Of a stretch of DNA of 64,000 nt, positions 12,641-25,360 are shown one piece after another. This DNA comes from the human T2T-CHM13v2.0 reference genome, Homo sapiens. Each line of letters starts with the position of its first letter. Positions within the stretch are counted from its first letter, which is position 1. The notes beneath the pieces were generated by a model that was not told the DNA's origin, did no database searches, and saw only the letters and a list, made by a program, of their open reading frames with translations. The position numbers and the translations under genes were made by a program. The stretch lies in assembly GCF_009914755.1 (NCBI RefSeq), contig NC_060925.1; one strand, given 5' to 3'.

Positions 12641-14995
12641 ATGTGTATGGTTTTGGTTGTTAAGGGGTCTGGGATGAAATCTAGGATGTCTGGAGGAAAG
12701 AGTACTGAAAAGTACTGCCAGCAATACAAAAACGCCCAAGGGAAAGAGACCTCAAATAATCTTTATTACACTTTCTTGGCTGGCCCTACCCACTTTCCTC
12801 TGCTGGAAGTTGTACACAGGAAAATAAACTAGCAGAGAAGGATATATTCATGATTGTTTCCTCCAAGCGTCTCAACAACTTTTCCCCTGATCATTTTCAT
12901 TTTTTCCTTTCTCCCCACTTTATCATGAATTTCTTTACCTGCAATCCAGGGTGCACTAAAGAGATAAACTTGGCTTTCAGCATCAGGCTCCCATCATGTG
13001 GGCAGTGGGGCAACCAGATGCCATTCTGAGTGCTGCATCAGAGCGGGTGAGACTCGGGCATCATGGCCCTGGCACAGCCCAGACTCCGGCGTGCCAAGGC
13101 CCATGCTGCGTGTTCACGCCGCTTCCTCTTCTGAAGTCTGCTGTATCCACAGATTTAGGAACCAGCTTGATGGAAGGGAGTGGGCACTGGGGAGTTTTGG
13201 AGCATCAATCCTTCCAGGCCATCTGTAGCTAGCTTTATATAGTGCAGGGTAAAGGGACAGATCAGGATGGAATGGTTTGCTTTGTTTGACTTCAATGGGA
13301 GGGAGGGGGACAGAAGGAGTGGGAATGCTAAAATTGCCTGGGAGAGGGTGATGCCAATTTCCACCCCCCCACTTTTCTCCTCCACTATTTTGGAACAAAA
13401 TTAACCTGTGGTTTATCTGGAGAGGAGAGCTGAGAGGCAGTCACATCTGGCTATCTGATGGTCACAAGACACAGAGGTGCTAGTGTGAACTTGTGGATTC
13501 CGAGACAATAGAAGAGGTTGCTATTATTGCTGAATAATAGGGAGAAAGATAAGCAGCAGGATGCTGTTGCTAGAGGTTATCAGTTCATCCTCTGTCTCCA
13601 CAGGTGTGAAACATATCCAGATAGGTGGAGAAAGCTTGGGAGGAGATCTCTCTTACTCATGTACTGTAGGAAAAGGAGGCATGCTGTAGGGATGCCTTTC
13701 AATGTGGTAGATTTGCTTTTTAGTCTCAGGGCTACCTAATCTCGGCTCGATAAATGAAAGTGTTAATTCTTGCCACACAGGAGATAACTACTCTGCCACT
13801 TTGGGCGAAAGATAGCCCAAGAGAAAGAGTTTCAGAAACATGTTTGAGATCGCATAGATAGAACTGAGCTTTACGCTCATCCTCAAAACTCTGCTTCTAT
13901 GCTTCCTTTTCTGTGTGGTTTTCTCCACCACTGACAGTATTAATCACTCTCTCCCCCTTCTGTAGGACTGGCTGCACGCTTTTGTCATTGCACATAGTAC
14001 TCTGGTTTCTGCCTGTTTCTAAATATGCCTTCCCTACTAGACTGTGAGATTTTTGAGCACATGGTTTATCTTATTCATCTTTATCTCTTCTGTGTCCAGT
14101 TCTGTCACTGAAGGAAGGCAAGTGGTCCTCACCCACGACTTCAGAGTTGAGTCCAGGGCAGAGGCAGCTTCTGTCAAAGTTAGGAGCAGCTTGTGCTAAT
14201 GACATCTCCATCCTTTGGGATCTTTCTCCCAACAGATATTAAATCAGGATGGTTATTGGTAAATGATTCAGTGGTGGCTCCTCTGGGGGATTTTTCTGAA
14301 GTTGGAGGGTCCTCCTGGTGTCTACAATAGAGCCCTCAGTAAGACTCAGCTTGGAAGGAAGCCAACCTAAACTGGAAAACTTCAAAGTCTAATCTATTCT
14401 CCAAGGTGATTAGTTCATTCTTGTAACCTTCCAAACCTACTATGAGAAGCAGAAGGGCATCACGTTAAAACTTCATGGAAAGGGTTCCTACTCTCTGTCA
14501 TTATTTCTAGGAAATATGTCACTTTTCTCTGGAAGATTGCTTTTCTAACATTGCTCTTCTTCTCAGAAAGATTAGCAAAACTCTAAGCCCTGGTGTGTGC
14601 CTCCTGTTTTAACAGGCTTCCAAAGGAGACAGTCACACTCAAAGTGCAGCTCCAATATCTGTGGAGGTATTCAGTTTCTAAGTCAATAGAGGTAAAACTA
14701 TTTTCTCTTTTCCAAAACATACCCTTCTGGGACCATCAACTTCTGTGCCTGCTTGGAAAGAAACTTGGGATTCTGTCCAGGAAGAATAAATTCTATCAGC
14801 TTGCAATGAGTCCTCTTAGGGCCTTTTGGTATGAACTTCATTGGCTTTCTATTTCCAAAACTATCCTTTCTATTGGATGCTTGGTCAGTGTGGAATAAGA
14901 AGTAGGTGTTAGTATGAGGAGGTTATGTTCATATCTTAGTGCTTTTGCTAACTGGCCTTGGGTAAAGCCCCTTCATTTCTCTGAACCTCAGTTTC

Positions 14996-15443
<448 letters not shown>

Positions 15444-15889
15444 TAAATTAGGTGCTTCCCATAAAACTGGTCAGTGCTCTAACAGAGAGGAGACATTTAG
15501 TAAATGTTGCTTGGGAGGCAGTGTGCTGTAGTGTACTGTGCATGGGTTTTTAATTCAGTTCATTATTTTCCTTGCCTGTAAAATGGGGATAATAATACAT
15601 ATATCTAAGGATTGGTGAGAGGATTAACTGTGGCAGTAGATGCCTTCAACAAGTATTTATTTTCAAGTACGGTCCCAATTGTACCCATCATTTGAACTCA
15701 AATTCCACTAACTCTTTAGATTATAATTCACTTTATTGTATACAGAATATCCACCACTTTGACTGTTTAGGATTGATGGTCAAAAATCTGCAGGGCATTC
15801 AATTGGGTTCCTCCTGCATTCTTTTAGAAAGCACTTTTGCTTAGAACCACTATTCTTCTCTAAGTCTAAATTCATAGACTTTATGAATC

Positions 15890-16100
15890 ACAGAAACCTC
15901 CAACTCTAATGCCTACAAGGGCCAGGCAGATAACACATAACATAAATGTGTGGATTGGCCCAAGCACAAGACATTAGGGAACAGTGGGGCCTATGGTAGA
16001 CTGAAGAGTGTCTGTCCATTTAAAGGCTTTCAAATTCAAAATTTTAAAAAGCTAATAAAATACTCTGTAAGATAGATGAGCTAATTTGGCTCAAAGGATG
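15890..16100 (+). mobile_element. MER45B-like (hAT-Tip100)
   Basis: aactctaatgcctacaagggccaggcagataac...aagacattagggaacagtgggg...tcaaattcaaaattttaaaaa. Confidence 0.75.
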
Positions 16101-16139
16101 CGAATTTGAGACCTAAGTTTCTCACTCTTAGTCATTTGT

Positions 16140-17100
16140 GTCAACACTATCGGTGGATAGGATACAGAGTGATGGGTACTTCCATACTCTGCTGGCAGGC
16201 ATGCAATTTGGTACAACCATTCTAGGAAACAGTTTGACATTATTTTAAAAGTTAAGCATTCACTCTTTCTGTCCCTTAGCAATTGCACTGTTAAGTTAAA
16301 ACCCAAGAGATACTCCTTCTCATATCTACCAGGATGCATATACAAGAATGTTCACAGCAGCACTGTTCAATAGCAAAAAAATGCAACAACTCAAGTACCC
16401 AGTGAGGGAGAAGTAAGTGAGTAAACAGTCAGTTGGTAATATTATGATATTACCTAGCATGTAAATCAAATAACATTATGGATGAAACTTAGCAATAAAC
16501 TACTTTTTTCAAAAAGTAAGGCCCAATTATCTCATGTTGCATTATGCCCATTTCATAAAGTTAAAAAACTGAAATAAAAAATATGCTTTTAAGAAACATA
16601 TATGCCAGGTGTGGTGGCTCACGCCTGTAATCCCAGCACTTTGGGAGGCCAAGGCGGGCAGATCACGAGGTCAGGAGATCGAGACCATCCTGGCTAACAG
16701 GTTGAAACCTCGTCTCTACTAAAAATACAAAAAAAATTAGCCGAGCGTGGTGGCGGGCACCTGTAGTCCCAGCTGCTCAGGAGCCTGAGGCGGAAGAATG
16801 GCGTGAACCCAGGAGGTGGAGCTTGCAGTGAGCCGAGATAGCGCCACTGCACTCCAGACTGGGCGACAGAGTGAGACTCCACCTCAAAAAAAAAAAAAAA
16901 AAAAAAAAAGAACATATAAAGGAAATAAAATGGGTTCCTTCAGCATGGTATTATGGGACGTGAGATGAAGTAGATGGAATCCGAGAAGATCACAACATAC
17001 ATAGGCACAAGTTTTTGTCAAACTTTCCATTTTTATATTGTTTGTGGGTATATTATTGCTTATTACATCATTTAAATATTAAAAAAAAAGATAAAATACT
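16140..17100 (+). mobile_element. L1M (old L1ME-type) 3' fragment interrupted by an AluY
   Basis: ttggtacaaccattctaggaaacagtttg...tacaagaatgttcacagcagcactgttc, typical of the L1M ORF2 end / 3' UTR. Confidence 0.8.
16603..16909 (+). mobile_element. AluY
   Basis: gatcacgaggtcaggagatcgagaccatcctggctaac and gaatggcgtgaaccc...gagcttgcag diagnostics; long A tail; TSD-like aagaaacatata/aagaacatata. Confidence 0.97.
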
Positions 17101-17699
17101 CTTCATACTTTCCCGCATTTTGTGAGAAACAAATAAGCCATGCTAAAGTGTTTTGTAAACTCTAACATGCAAATTAAGTGTTAGGGTATTGTTACGAAAG
17201 GATTACGGACACTGATAGATTGTTGTTAAATTCCTGGGGTGCAGGCTTGTGAGCCATCTGTTTGGTGGATTGTATGTCTATGGTCAGACATAGACTAGAC
17301 TCATTTCTTTCAACTTCTTGCCATTTTCTCCCCTTCACTCTTTTTGTTGGTAAGAGTGCTTTCTTGGAACAGGCACGTATACAGTATCAGCAAAAATAAA
17401 GTTTAAATTATAGGAGTAAACCTCACACATAATTGCACATGCCCCTTGCGTCCTCATACGCATATTCATACCTATGCCACATCCAAGGCCAGCTAGAAAT
17501 GACTTTTGGATCATCTGTTAATTTGGGTTATTGATGCCACTCTTTTTCTCTGATAAATCAGGTGATAATCACAGTCAGAGTAATTACACAACTGGTTGTA
17601 ATCCTGTTTTTTCCTAGGTTTTAATAAAATAGGCATGCAAATCGTTATGTATACAAAATTATTAAAGATAAATGGGACCTACATTAGGTGAGGGAGAGG

Positions 17700-18300
17700 C
17701 ATTTGTTAGCTCTATTAGATACTGAGCAGGCTGTGTACTAAGGGCTGGGGATACAGACATGACCATTTCCAGCCTCTGCCCAAGGGGCGCTCACGGGCAG
17801 CCTGGCAGATGGTTAATGTAAAAGGTGGTGAAATGTCCTGGTTAGAGGGTGTCCTTGGAGAGCACTGATAGGAGACCCTCTTTCAGATTGAAGGTGAGGG
17901 AAGGCACCCTGGAGGAGGTAATATCTGAACTAGGGAGGAATTGAAGTTGAAAGTTGAAAGGGATGGATTGGCACTGTGTAGCATTTTTAGCACCTCAGAG
18001 AAAAGAGAAAGAGAGAGTATGGCTACTGGGGACAAGTGGGCAACTTCTTACGGGTGGAGCATGGAGTGTGTGTTGGGGTGGGCAGGGATCAAAGCTGGGG
18101 AGGGAGGCAGGTGCCTGCAGATGAATGGCCTTATTACTAGGCCTTTGGATTTCATCCTGAAGTCAATGAGGAGTAGCTTAAAGATTTGACCAGAGGAGTG
18201 ACATGAGCAGACTTGAGTTTTAGAAAAAGCACTATGGGATCAGTACTGAATTTGAGGAGAAGGGACCAGAGGCAGGAAGACCAGCTAGGGGCTGCTTTCC
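17700..18300 (-). mobile_element. L2 fragment
   Basis: ggctgtgtactaagggctggggatacag...ccctggaggagg...tttggatttcatcctgaagtcaatgaggag...gagttttagaaa. Confidence 0.75.
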
Positions 18301-19309
18301 CTACTCCTGCCAAAACATTGTTGCTGCTTTGGGTCAGGCAAGGGAGTTAACCAGAAGATTCTGTGGGGAGTCACTTTTGCCTCTCCTTGTTTAAAAAAAT
18401 AACTTAAGAGCCTGCCTGAGCAGCTGGGAGTCGCACAGTGGAGTTCTGTTTCACGCCTTTCTAGTGCATACAACCTTGGACAAGTTCTATGTCTTTGGAC
18501 CTCAATTTTCTATTAATAGGGACAGGCATTTGCGATGCTGCTTGTGTCTTCTGGAATGAGTTAAGATGGAGGTTGCTCCTGAAGACCTCTGAGTTTGCTA
18601 AATAATGGACTCACCTACATGTCATTTATCATTCACATTTTGAAGAAACATTCACAACTGTACTAAGGAAGGGCAGACTTCTCGGCAGTCTTCAGCTCCC
18701 TAAGCCAGGCCATGAAGTCTCAATTCTCTTCCTGCCTCCCCCAACAGCCTCCACTCCTGGCTCTGAGAAATGTGGACCCCTAGTGCTTTGTGAAGTTGTG
18801 TCTCTTCTTTTTTAATGAGGCTAATGGTTAATTAATGAATCTTTGGCTTTATTAAGTAAAACAAACTTGGGAAGAGATTATTCTGCTCCTGAGTCTCTGG
18901 AATATTGATTGGGGGACCAGGGCTAGAGTAAGCCCTTTAGGTAGCTTTTGATGCTTGAACAAAACCCATCAATGGTAATCTTTTGCCCAAATGGGTTTTT
19001 GATGTTGTTTTCATTTAAGGTGGCTGTGGCATCCACAAGTTTTCCTAGTCAAAGGGGACCTCCTGGTCACATCATTCAAGCCCACCAGCTGTGAGAGTAG
19101 CCATGGAAACCAGACACCTCAGGGTGCTTCCTCAAACTATAGTATGTGGGACCAATTTCTATCTCTTTGAGGTAGTTTAGACAAAGTTTCCATAGAGTCA
19201 GGAGAACAGACATCCTGATAGCCTAAGGATCCTTGAATTGAATTCTTTGGAGCCAAAATAATAGGGCGATTGGCACAGAAGATTGGTTTTCAGAGAAAAC
19301 ATATCTAAT

Positions 19310-19540
19310 ATTTATGGAGCAATAACCAAGCACCAGGCACTATTCTAAGTAACTTACTTGTATTAAGCTATTCATTCCTCATAATAACCCTATAATGATC
19401 TGCACGTTACAAATTAGGAAATTAAGATACAGAGAAGGTAAGTAACTTGTCCAGGGCCACTCACCTGGGACACAGCAGAGCTGTTGTATAAACCCAGTGT
19501 CCATCCTGCATTCTCCATCAGGTGTGGTACTGCCTCCTGC
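19310..19540 (-). mobile_element. MIR
   Basis: ccaggcactattctaag...cctcataataaccctat...ggaaattaagatacagagaaggtaagtaacttgtccagggccac. Confidence 0.85.
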
Positions 19541-20299
19541 ATAGAATTGTAGGCCCCGGAGCTTGAAAGGACCTCTTGGTCATTTGGGCCAGCCCCAGTC
19601 TCCAGGTAACTAAGATTTTATTACATGTTTTTCCTTTCCATCTTTCCTTACAAAACAGTGAAGTCCCAAGGGGTTAAGTAATTGTCAAAACATGGAGATT
19701 TTAAAGGCTTGAGGGGAAGGAGCCCCTGTCTGAAGGGTCAGAGGGGCACCCCTCCTTCTTCCTGGCTCTCTCCCTTTTATCACAGGCCAAACCAAATGCA
19801 CCCTTCCATTCTCTCCTCAGTGATGTTGTTGTTTTTTTTTCTCCCATCTAAGGTTCTACTCCATTTTCCCTGGTTTCCCACTGCAGATCACTAAAGCCTA
19901 GCTCTGGGTTTATATATATATTTTTTAAAGAAAGGTTTTAAAAGACCTACATCTCCCCATACCTAGGCTAATTGGCTTTGACTAGGGCATAGAGGGGCAG
20001 CATTTCCACAGATTTCCTCTGGCCCAGGACCTGACCTCTGTGAAGCAGTAACCCGGCTTCAACATGCCAGGGTCTAGCCGGAGGGGGCTGCTCGGAGAGG
20101 GGGCTTGTGGTACTAGGGGTGAGGTGAGCTGGGGTTATAGAATAATGTTTTGGTCAAAACTTTTTTTTTACCACTTCCCCACTTGCAAATTTATACTGCA
20201 GATCAACAAAAGTTCAACTCTCTAGGATTTGGATGTATTTATTTTCTTACTGTTAATCCAGTATTGCCAAATAGTACCCTTTCTAACTAATGACCATAG

Positions 20300-20728
<429 letters not shown>

Positions 20729-21109
20729 TGAGCTCAATCTAAGATGACTGGCATGGCCATCTTCCAGTGTTCCATCCTCAACACTATGCATCGTTGGATT
20801 CCTGTAGGTTTTACTCTCTTGTTGAAGCAAGCCAAAAAGTTGATTATGCTAGGAGGCTGCAGGTCCAGGTAGTAGATCGTTCAGGCCTTTGGCTTCCTCT
20901 CCTCCCTCCTGGGGTTTACCTTTGGGCATGGTCATCTGCAGGAGAGAGGAGTGGGAGAAGCTCAGACTGGTCACTTGTGCTTCATACATGGGGACATCTC
21001 TATTGTATGCAGCTGAACTGGATTTACAAAGGAGAGCTTCAAGTACAGAAAAATTATGGTATAAAGGTACACATATGCCCTTGTACTCATCCCCATACCT
21101 AATCCAGCA

Positions 21110-21892
21110 GCAAGACCTATCAGTTCCACTTCCAGAATAGTTCTTCAATCCCTCCACTTTTTTCATGCCCCCTGCCTCCACCTTAATCCAAGTCACCATC
21201 ATCTCCCACTTGGACAACTTCAATAGTCTTCTAATTGGTCTCCTTGCCACTGTTCTGGATCCCTACAATTTATTCTCTACACTGCAGCAGAGGGATCTTT
21301 TTCACAAAGCAAATCAAACCACTCCTCTGCTTAAAATGCTTTGCTTGCTCTTAGAATAAAGCCTACCTCTTCAGCATGGCTCAAAAAGCCCCGTGTGAAA
21401 TGGTCCTGCCCTGGCCTCTTCTCTGACACATCTCATCCCACAGGCTCCCCAATCACACATCAACCATAGTGGCTTCCTGTTGGGTCTTCAGACAGGCCAC
21501 ACTTGCTCCCATTTCAGAGGCCTTTGTACTTGCTCTTCGCTCTTTCTGGCACTGTCTTCCCCCGCTTGGTACGTGGATTCCTTTTCATCCTTCAGGTCTC
21601 AGATCCAAAGTTGTCTCATAATAGAGCTTGATCCTCCCCACCATATTTAAGTGTGCGCCCTCCCTGCCACTCTGTATCAAATCATCCTGTGTGTGCCCTT
21701 TATAACGTGTATCACCATCAAAAACTGTTGTGCCTAATTATTATTTTATCTATAGTTAACAGGCTCGTTAATTATTTTCTGTAACCAGAAATAAGCTTGG
21801 TAAAGGCATGGTCAGTTTTTGTTTGGTTCTTGGTTCAATCCTTTGGGTCTGGAACTCAGTAGGCATTGACTAAATTTTTGTTGGATGAATGA
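21110..21892 (+). mobile_element. L2a fragment
   Basis: tccaagtcaccatcatctcccacttggac...ctctgcttaaaa...tcagtaggca...tttgttggatgaatga. Confidence 0.85.
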
Positions 21893-24029
21893 TTGAGCCA
21901 CTTTGACTCTGGACAAGTTGAAGCTCTCAAATTTTGGATCATCCAATTCTATAAGCCAAAAGGTCGCTCATGGTCTAGGAAGACTTTTTATCTTAGGAAG
22001 TTCTATAGGGTCTGGAGATGCCCCACCCTGGTGTCTACCCTAACACCTCTGCCATCCCTCTCTGGCACCTTGCCATTTCCCTCACCTGGGGTCTTGATTT
22101 CCTGCTTGATAACACTCCTTGTGGAAAAAATGAATTCATTTCTGAGTCCGGTAATGAGCATGATTAATGTTATTCTCCTTTTAGTTCAGGACCTCAATTT
22201 AAATTCTTTCCTGTTCATCTCGATCAGGGAAGGTTTCTGGATCTGTGGTGAAACAAATCCCTGTGCTCACAAAGAGTCAATTATTCCCTGCACCTTGAGG
22301 TCTCTGAGCTACATAGAACACCTCCATGCAGTGCTCGGTCTGGGCCCACATGGGGGCACAGCCCATCCTGCACCATCAGCCACAGATGAGAGAGCTAGAA
22401 TCTGCTTTCCACTGCCACTGCACATGGAAGCCAAATGGATTTTTTCTGTACCACAACTTGAGCTTAGGTTGTGGCCTTTTCTTCAACCTGTCCCTTATAG
22501 TCTGTTAGCAGACATAGCTGGTTCAGATATAAAACTAGGCTATAAATTATATGAGATTTAGAGAATGCACAGGAATGTCAGAGGACATTCCAGAGAGACG
22601 TGAGCTCAGAGATTAACCAGTTCAGTCCCCTGATTTACAGTAGTTTATATCTTAGTCCGAAGGCAGACTCCCTGGGTCTAAATCCCTTTAGTCTCTTTGA
22701 ATCTTAGTTTCCTTATCTGTAAAATGGGAATGATAGTAGTAATTATCTCATAAGCTTGTCATGAGGATTATGACTTAGAGTCAGCTCTTAACATTTTTAG
22801 TTATTACTGCCATGGCTGTAGGAGAGGAAACAGACTGAAAAGTCACCATAAGTCATTCTATAGATTGGGGGCATGACCGTTAGAGTGTAAGTTCCATTAC
22901 AGCAGAAAAAAAAATTGTCTTTTTATTTCTTCGCCTCAGCTCCCACATCTAAAAAATGGGTACAAAAGCACTACTCACCTCAATAGACCCTTCTGATATT
23001 TAATGTATCCAATAAATTTAAGAGTACATATGGGCAGTACTTATTACAAATTAACTGCTCGATATGTTATCATTAACATTATTATTGTTATATCATTTTT
23101 GTTATCTTATTATTATTTTAAATTCTCCAGAACTTAGCACAGGGTGTATAATCAGGTAGGTACTCAATAAATTTGTAATGAATGAATAAATGAATTGGAA
23201 GGAGAAGCCAGATCTCCTGATTCCTAATTCCACAGTCTCTCCTCCAGATCACACTGCCTCAGGCCTTCCAAAATGATGTTTTTCCCAAAGTCAAGTTAGC
23301 TTGACTCGAGTTTAAAATATTAACTAGCCACCCTACCTATTTTCCCTGCTCCCATCCTCTAGCTCAGAACCAAACCCTTGCCTTCGAGATGTATTGCTGT
23401 TGGTTTCTTTCTGGTGAGAAACTAAATTGGTGGCCATCTCCCTTATCAACTTGACTGCTATCCTCAGGCTTCTCCTAGGAAGTGGCATGTGTTCTCTAAT
23501 CTCTGTGCATTTGGTCAGAAGCTCTTGGTTGATTCTGGTCTATAATTGTTAAGATTCCGATCTCATGTTGTCTTTTTTCTCCCTCCCTCTAGCTGACCCT
23601 GTACTAGCATGCTCTGTGCCCCATCTCTCCCAGAGGTCCTGCTAAAAGGAGGGTTTCTCCCTATCCAGGATATTTTAGCTAGCTCTGACGAAGCTCTAGC
23701 CTCCCCAGACACTCTCCTGGACCCTTACTTCTTCCTCTGTGTGTCTTTATTTCTCTAACCATGTACCTATTAGCTTCATATCTAACTCCGGGGCATCACT
23801 CAATCTTCTGACCCAAGCCTTTTCTCCCCACAAGCCTAAACGTCACTTTCTTCCCAAATTCACAAGAAGCCATGTGGAAAAAAAAAAAAGTAATCCCCAT
23901 CTGGCTTTGGAAAATTTTCAGGGATTTTCACTTAAAATATTTAAATTACTTAAAATTCCATAATTCACAGTCACTTTGGGTAAGGAGATCCTTTCGCTGT
24001 TTGGTCCCTCCAGTCTTTCTTATCTTTTA

Positions 24030-24392
24030 CTCTTGCTATTCGAGATGAGCTCTGAGGACCAGCAGCAATGACATCATCCAGTAGCTTGTGAAAGATGCAG
24101 AATCTCAGGCCCTACTCCAGATCTGCTGAACCAGGATCTTCATCCTAACAGGGCCTCAGCTGGGTCATATTATTAAAGTGTCCCAAGTGATGCTCCACCC
24201 CTGTTTCTCAAACTTCAGTGTGAATGAGATCCCCCTGGTTCTTGTTACAATGTAGATTACTGGAGTATGCACTTAGAGAGTTTGACTCAATAGGTCTGAG
24301 ATCGATAGCACCCAGATGCTTGCCTTTTGTCACACAGTCTGCAGGTAACGCTGATCCAGCTGAGGAACACACTTTGAAAAACACTGCTCCAG
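24030..24392. mobile_element. Two adjacent MER5-family elements in opposite orientation
   Basis: ggaccagcagca...atgcagaatctcaggccc, then tttctcaaacttcagtgtgaatgagatcccc...acactttgaaaaacactgc. Confidence 0.75.
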
Positions 24393-24788
24393 TCTGTAAG
24401 TGTCCTTTATTTATCTAGCTTTTGGATGATGTGAGCAAAAAGTAGGCATTCAATAAATCTTCATTGAATTGAACTGAATTTCTCTTGTTTATTCCTCCTT
24501 TTTCCCGAAACTAAAAAACGGGATGTGAAGGTGGCTATTTTTGTACATTTTCTGGCTGCTAGTTGAGTGTATTAATCCTGTAGATCTCAATTAATGAACT
24601 AAACTACTGCAGCTCCCCGAGATCTTTATTAAACACCTATTTTGTGTGGTTTCAGTGTTGTGTTGAGTCTTTGTGTTTTCTGCAAGATAGATAATATCAA
24701 ATAATCAACCAAATCCTTACCTTTTCTTCTCCAAAGCTTACCAGAAAGCTTAAGAGTATTGAAGAGTTTCTATTTCCAAATTCCTGCA

Positions 24789-25360
24789 TGTGGCAGACAG
24801 GCTGTTGAGTAGCCCCTGTATTCCCTGCCTCCTGGTATTCACACTCTTTTGTGATTCCCCTAACCTCCAGTGTGGGCAGGACCCACAACTTGCTTCTAAC
24901 CAATAGAATACAGCAAAATGGACGGGCTATTTTCTCTGGAACCACAGATCACATACTGCGATTGCATTATGTTATATAAGACTCTGTCTTGATGTCAGAC
25001 TCTAGGATACTCTCTTTGCTGACTTGCTGAAATAAGTGCCCATGTTGGTGAAGCCCATGTGGCAAGGAATTGTGAGCAGCCTTTAAGAAGTATGGCTGAA
25101 TGCCAGCACAAAGCAGCTGCAAGGAACTGAATGCTTCCAAAACCACTTGAACAGGGAGCAGATTCTTTCTCAGCTGAGGCTCCAGATGAGGACACAGCCT
25201 GGTCAACACCTTGACTGCAGCCTCATAAGACCGTCAGCAGAGGACCCAATTAGGTCATGCTCGGACTTTTGACCCACAGAAACTGTGAAGCAATAAATGT
25301 GTGTTGTTGTAAGCTTGTAAGTTTGTAGTCATTTGTTACACTGCCATAGAAAACTACTAC
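24789..25360 (+). mobile_element. MLT1E/F-type MaLR solo LTR
   Basis: tgtggcagac...acttgcttctaaccaatagaata...accttgactgcagcctc...acccacagaaactgtg...aataaatgtgtgttg. Confidence 0.9.

Noticed and set aside
21893-22561. Longest ORF (222 aa)
   Set aside because: Non-ATG start at an L2 end, no recognisable domain, composition typical of random intronic frames.
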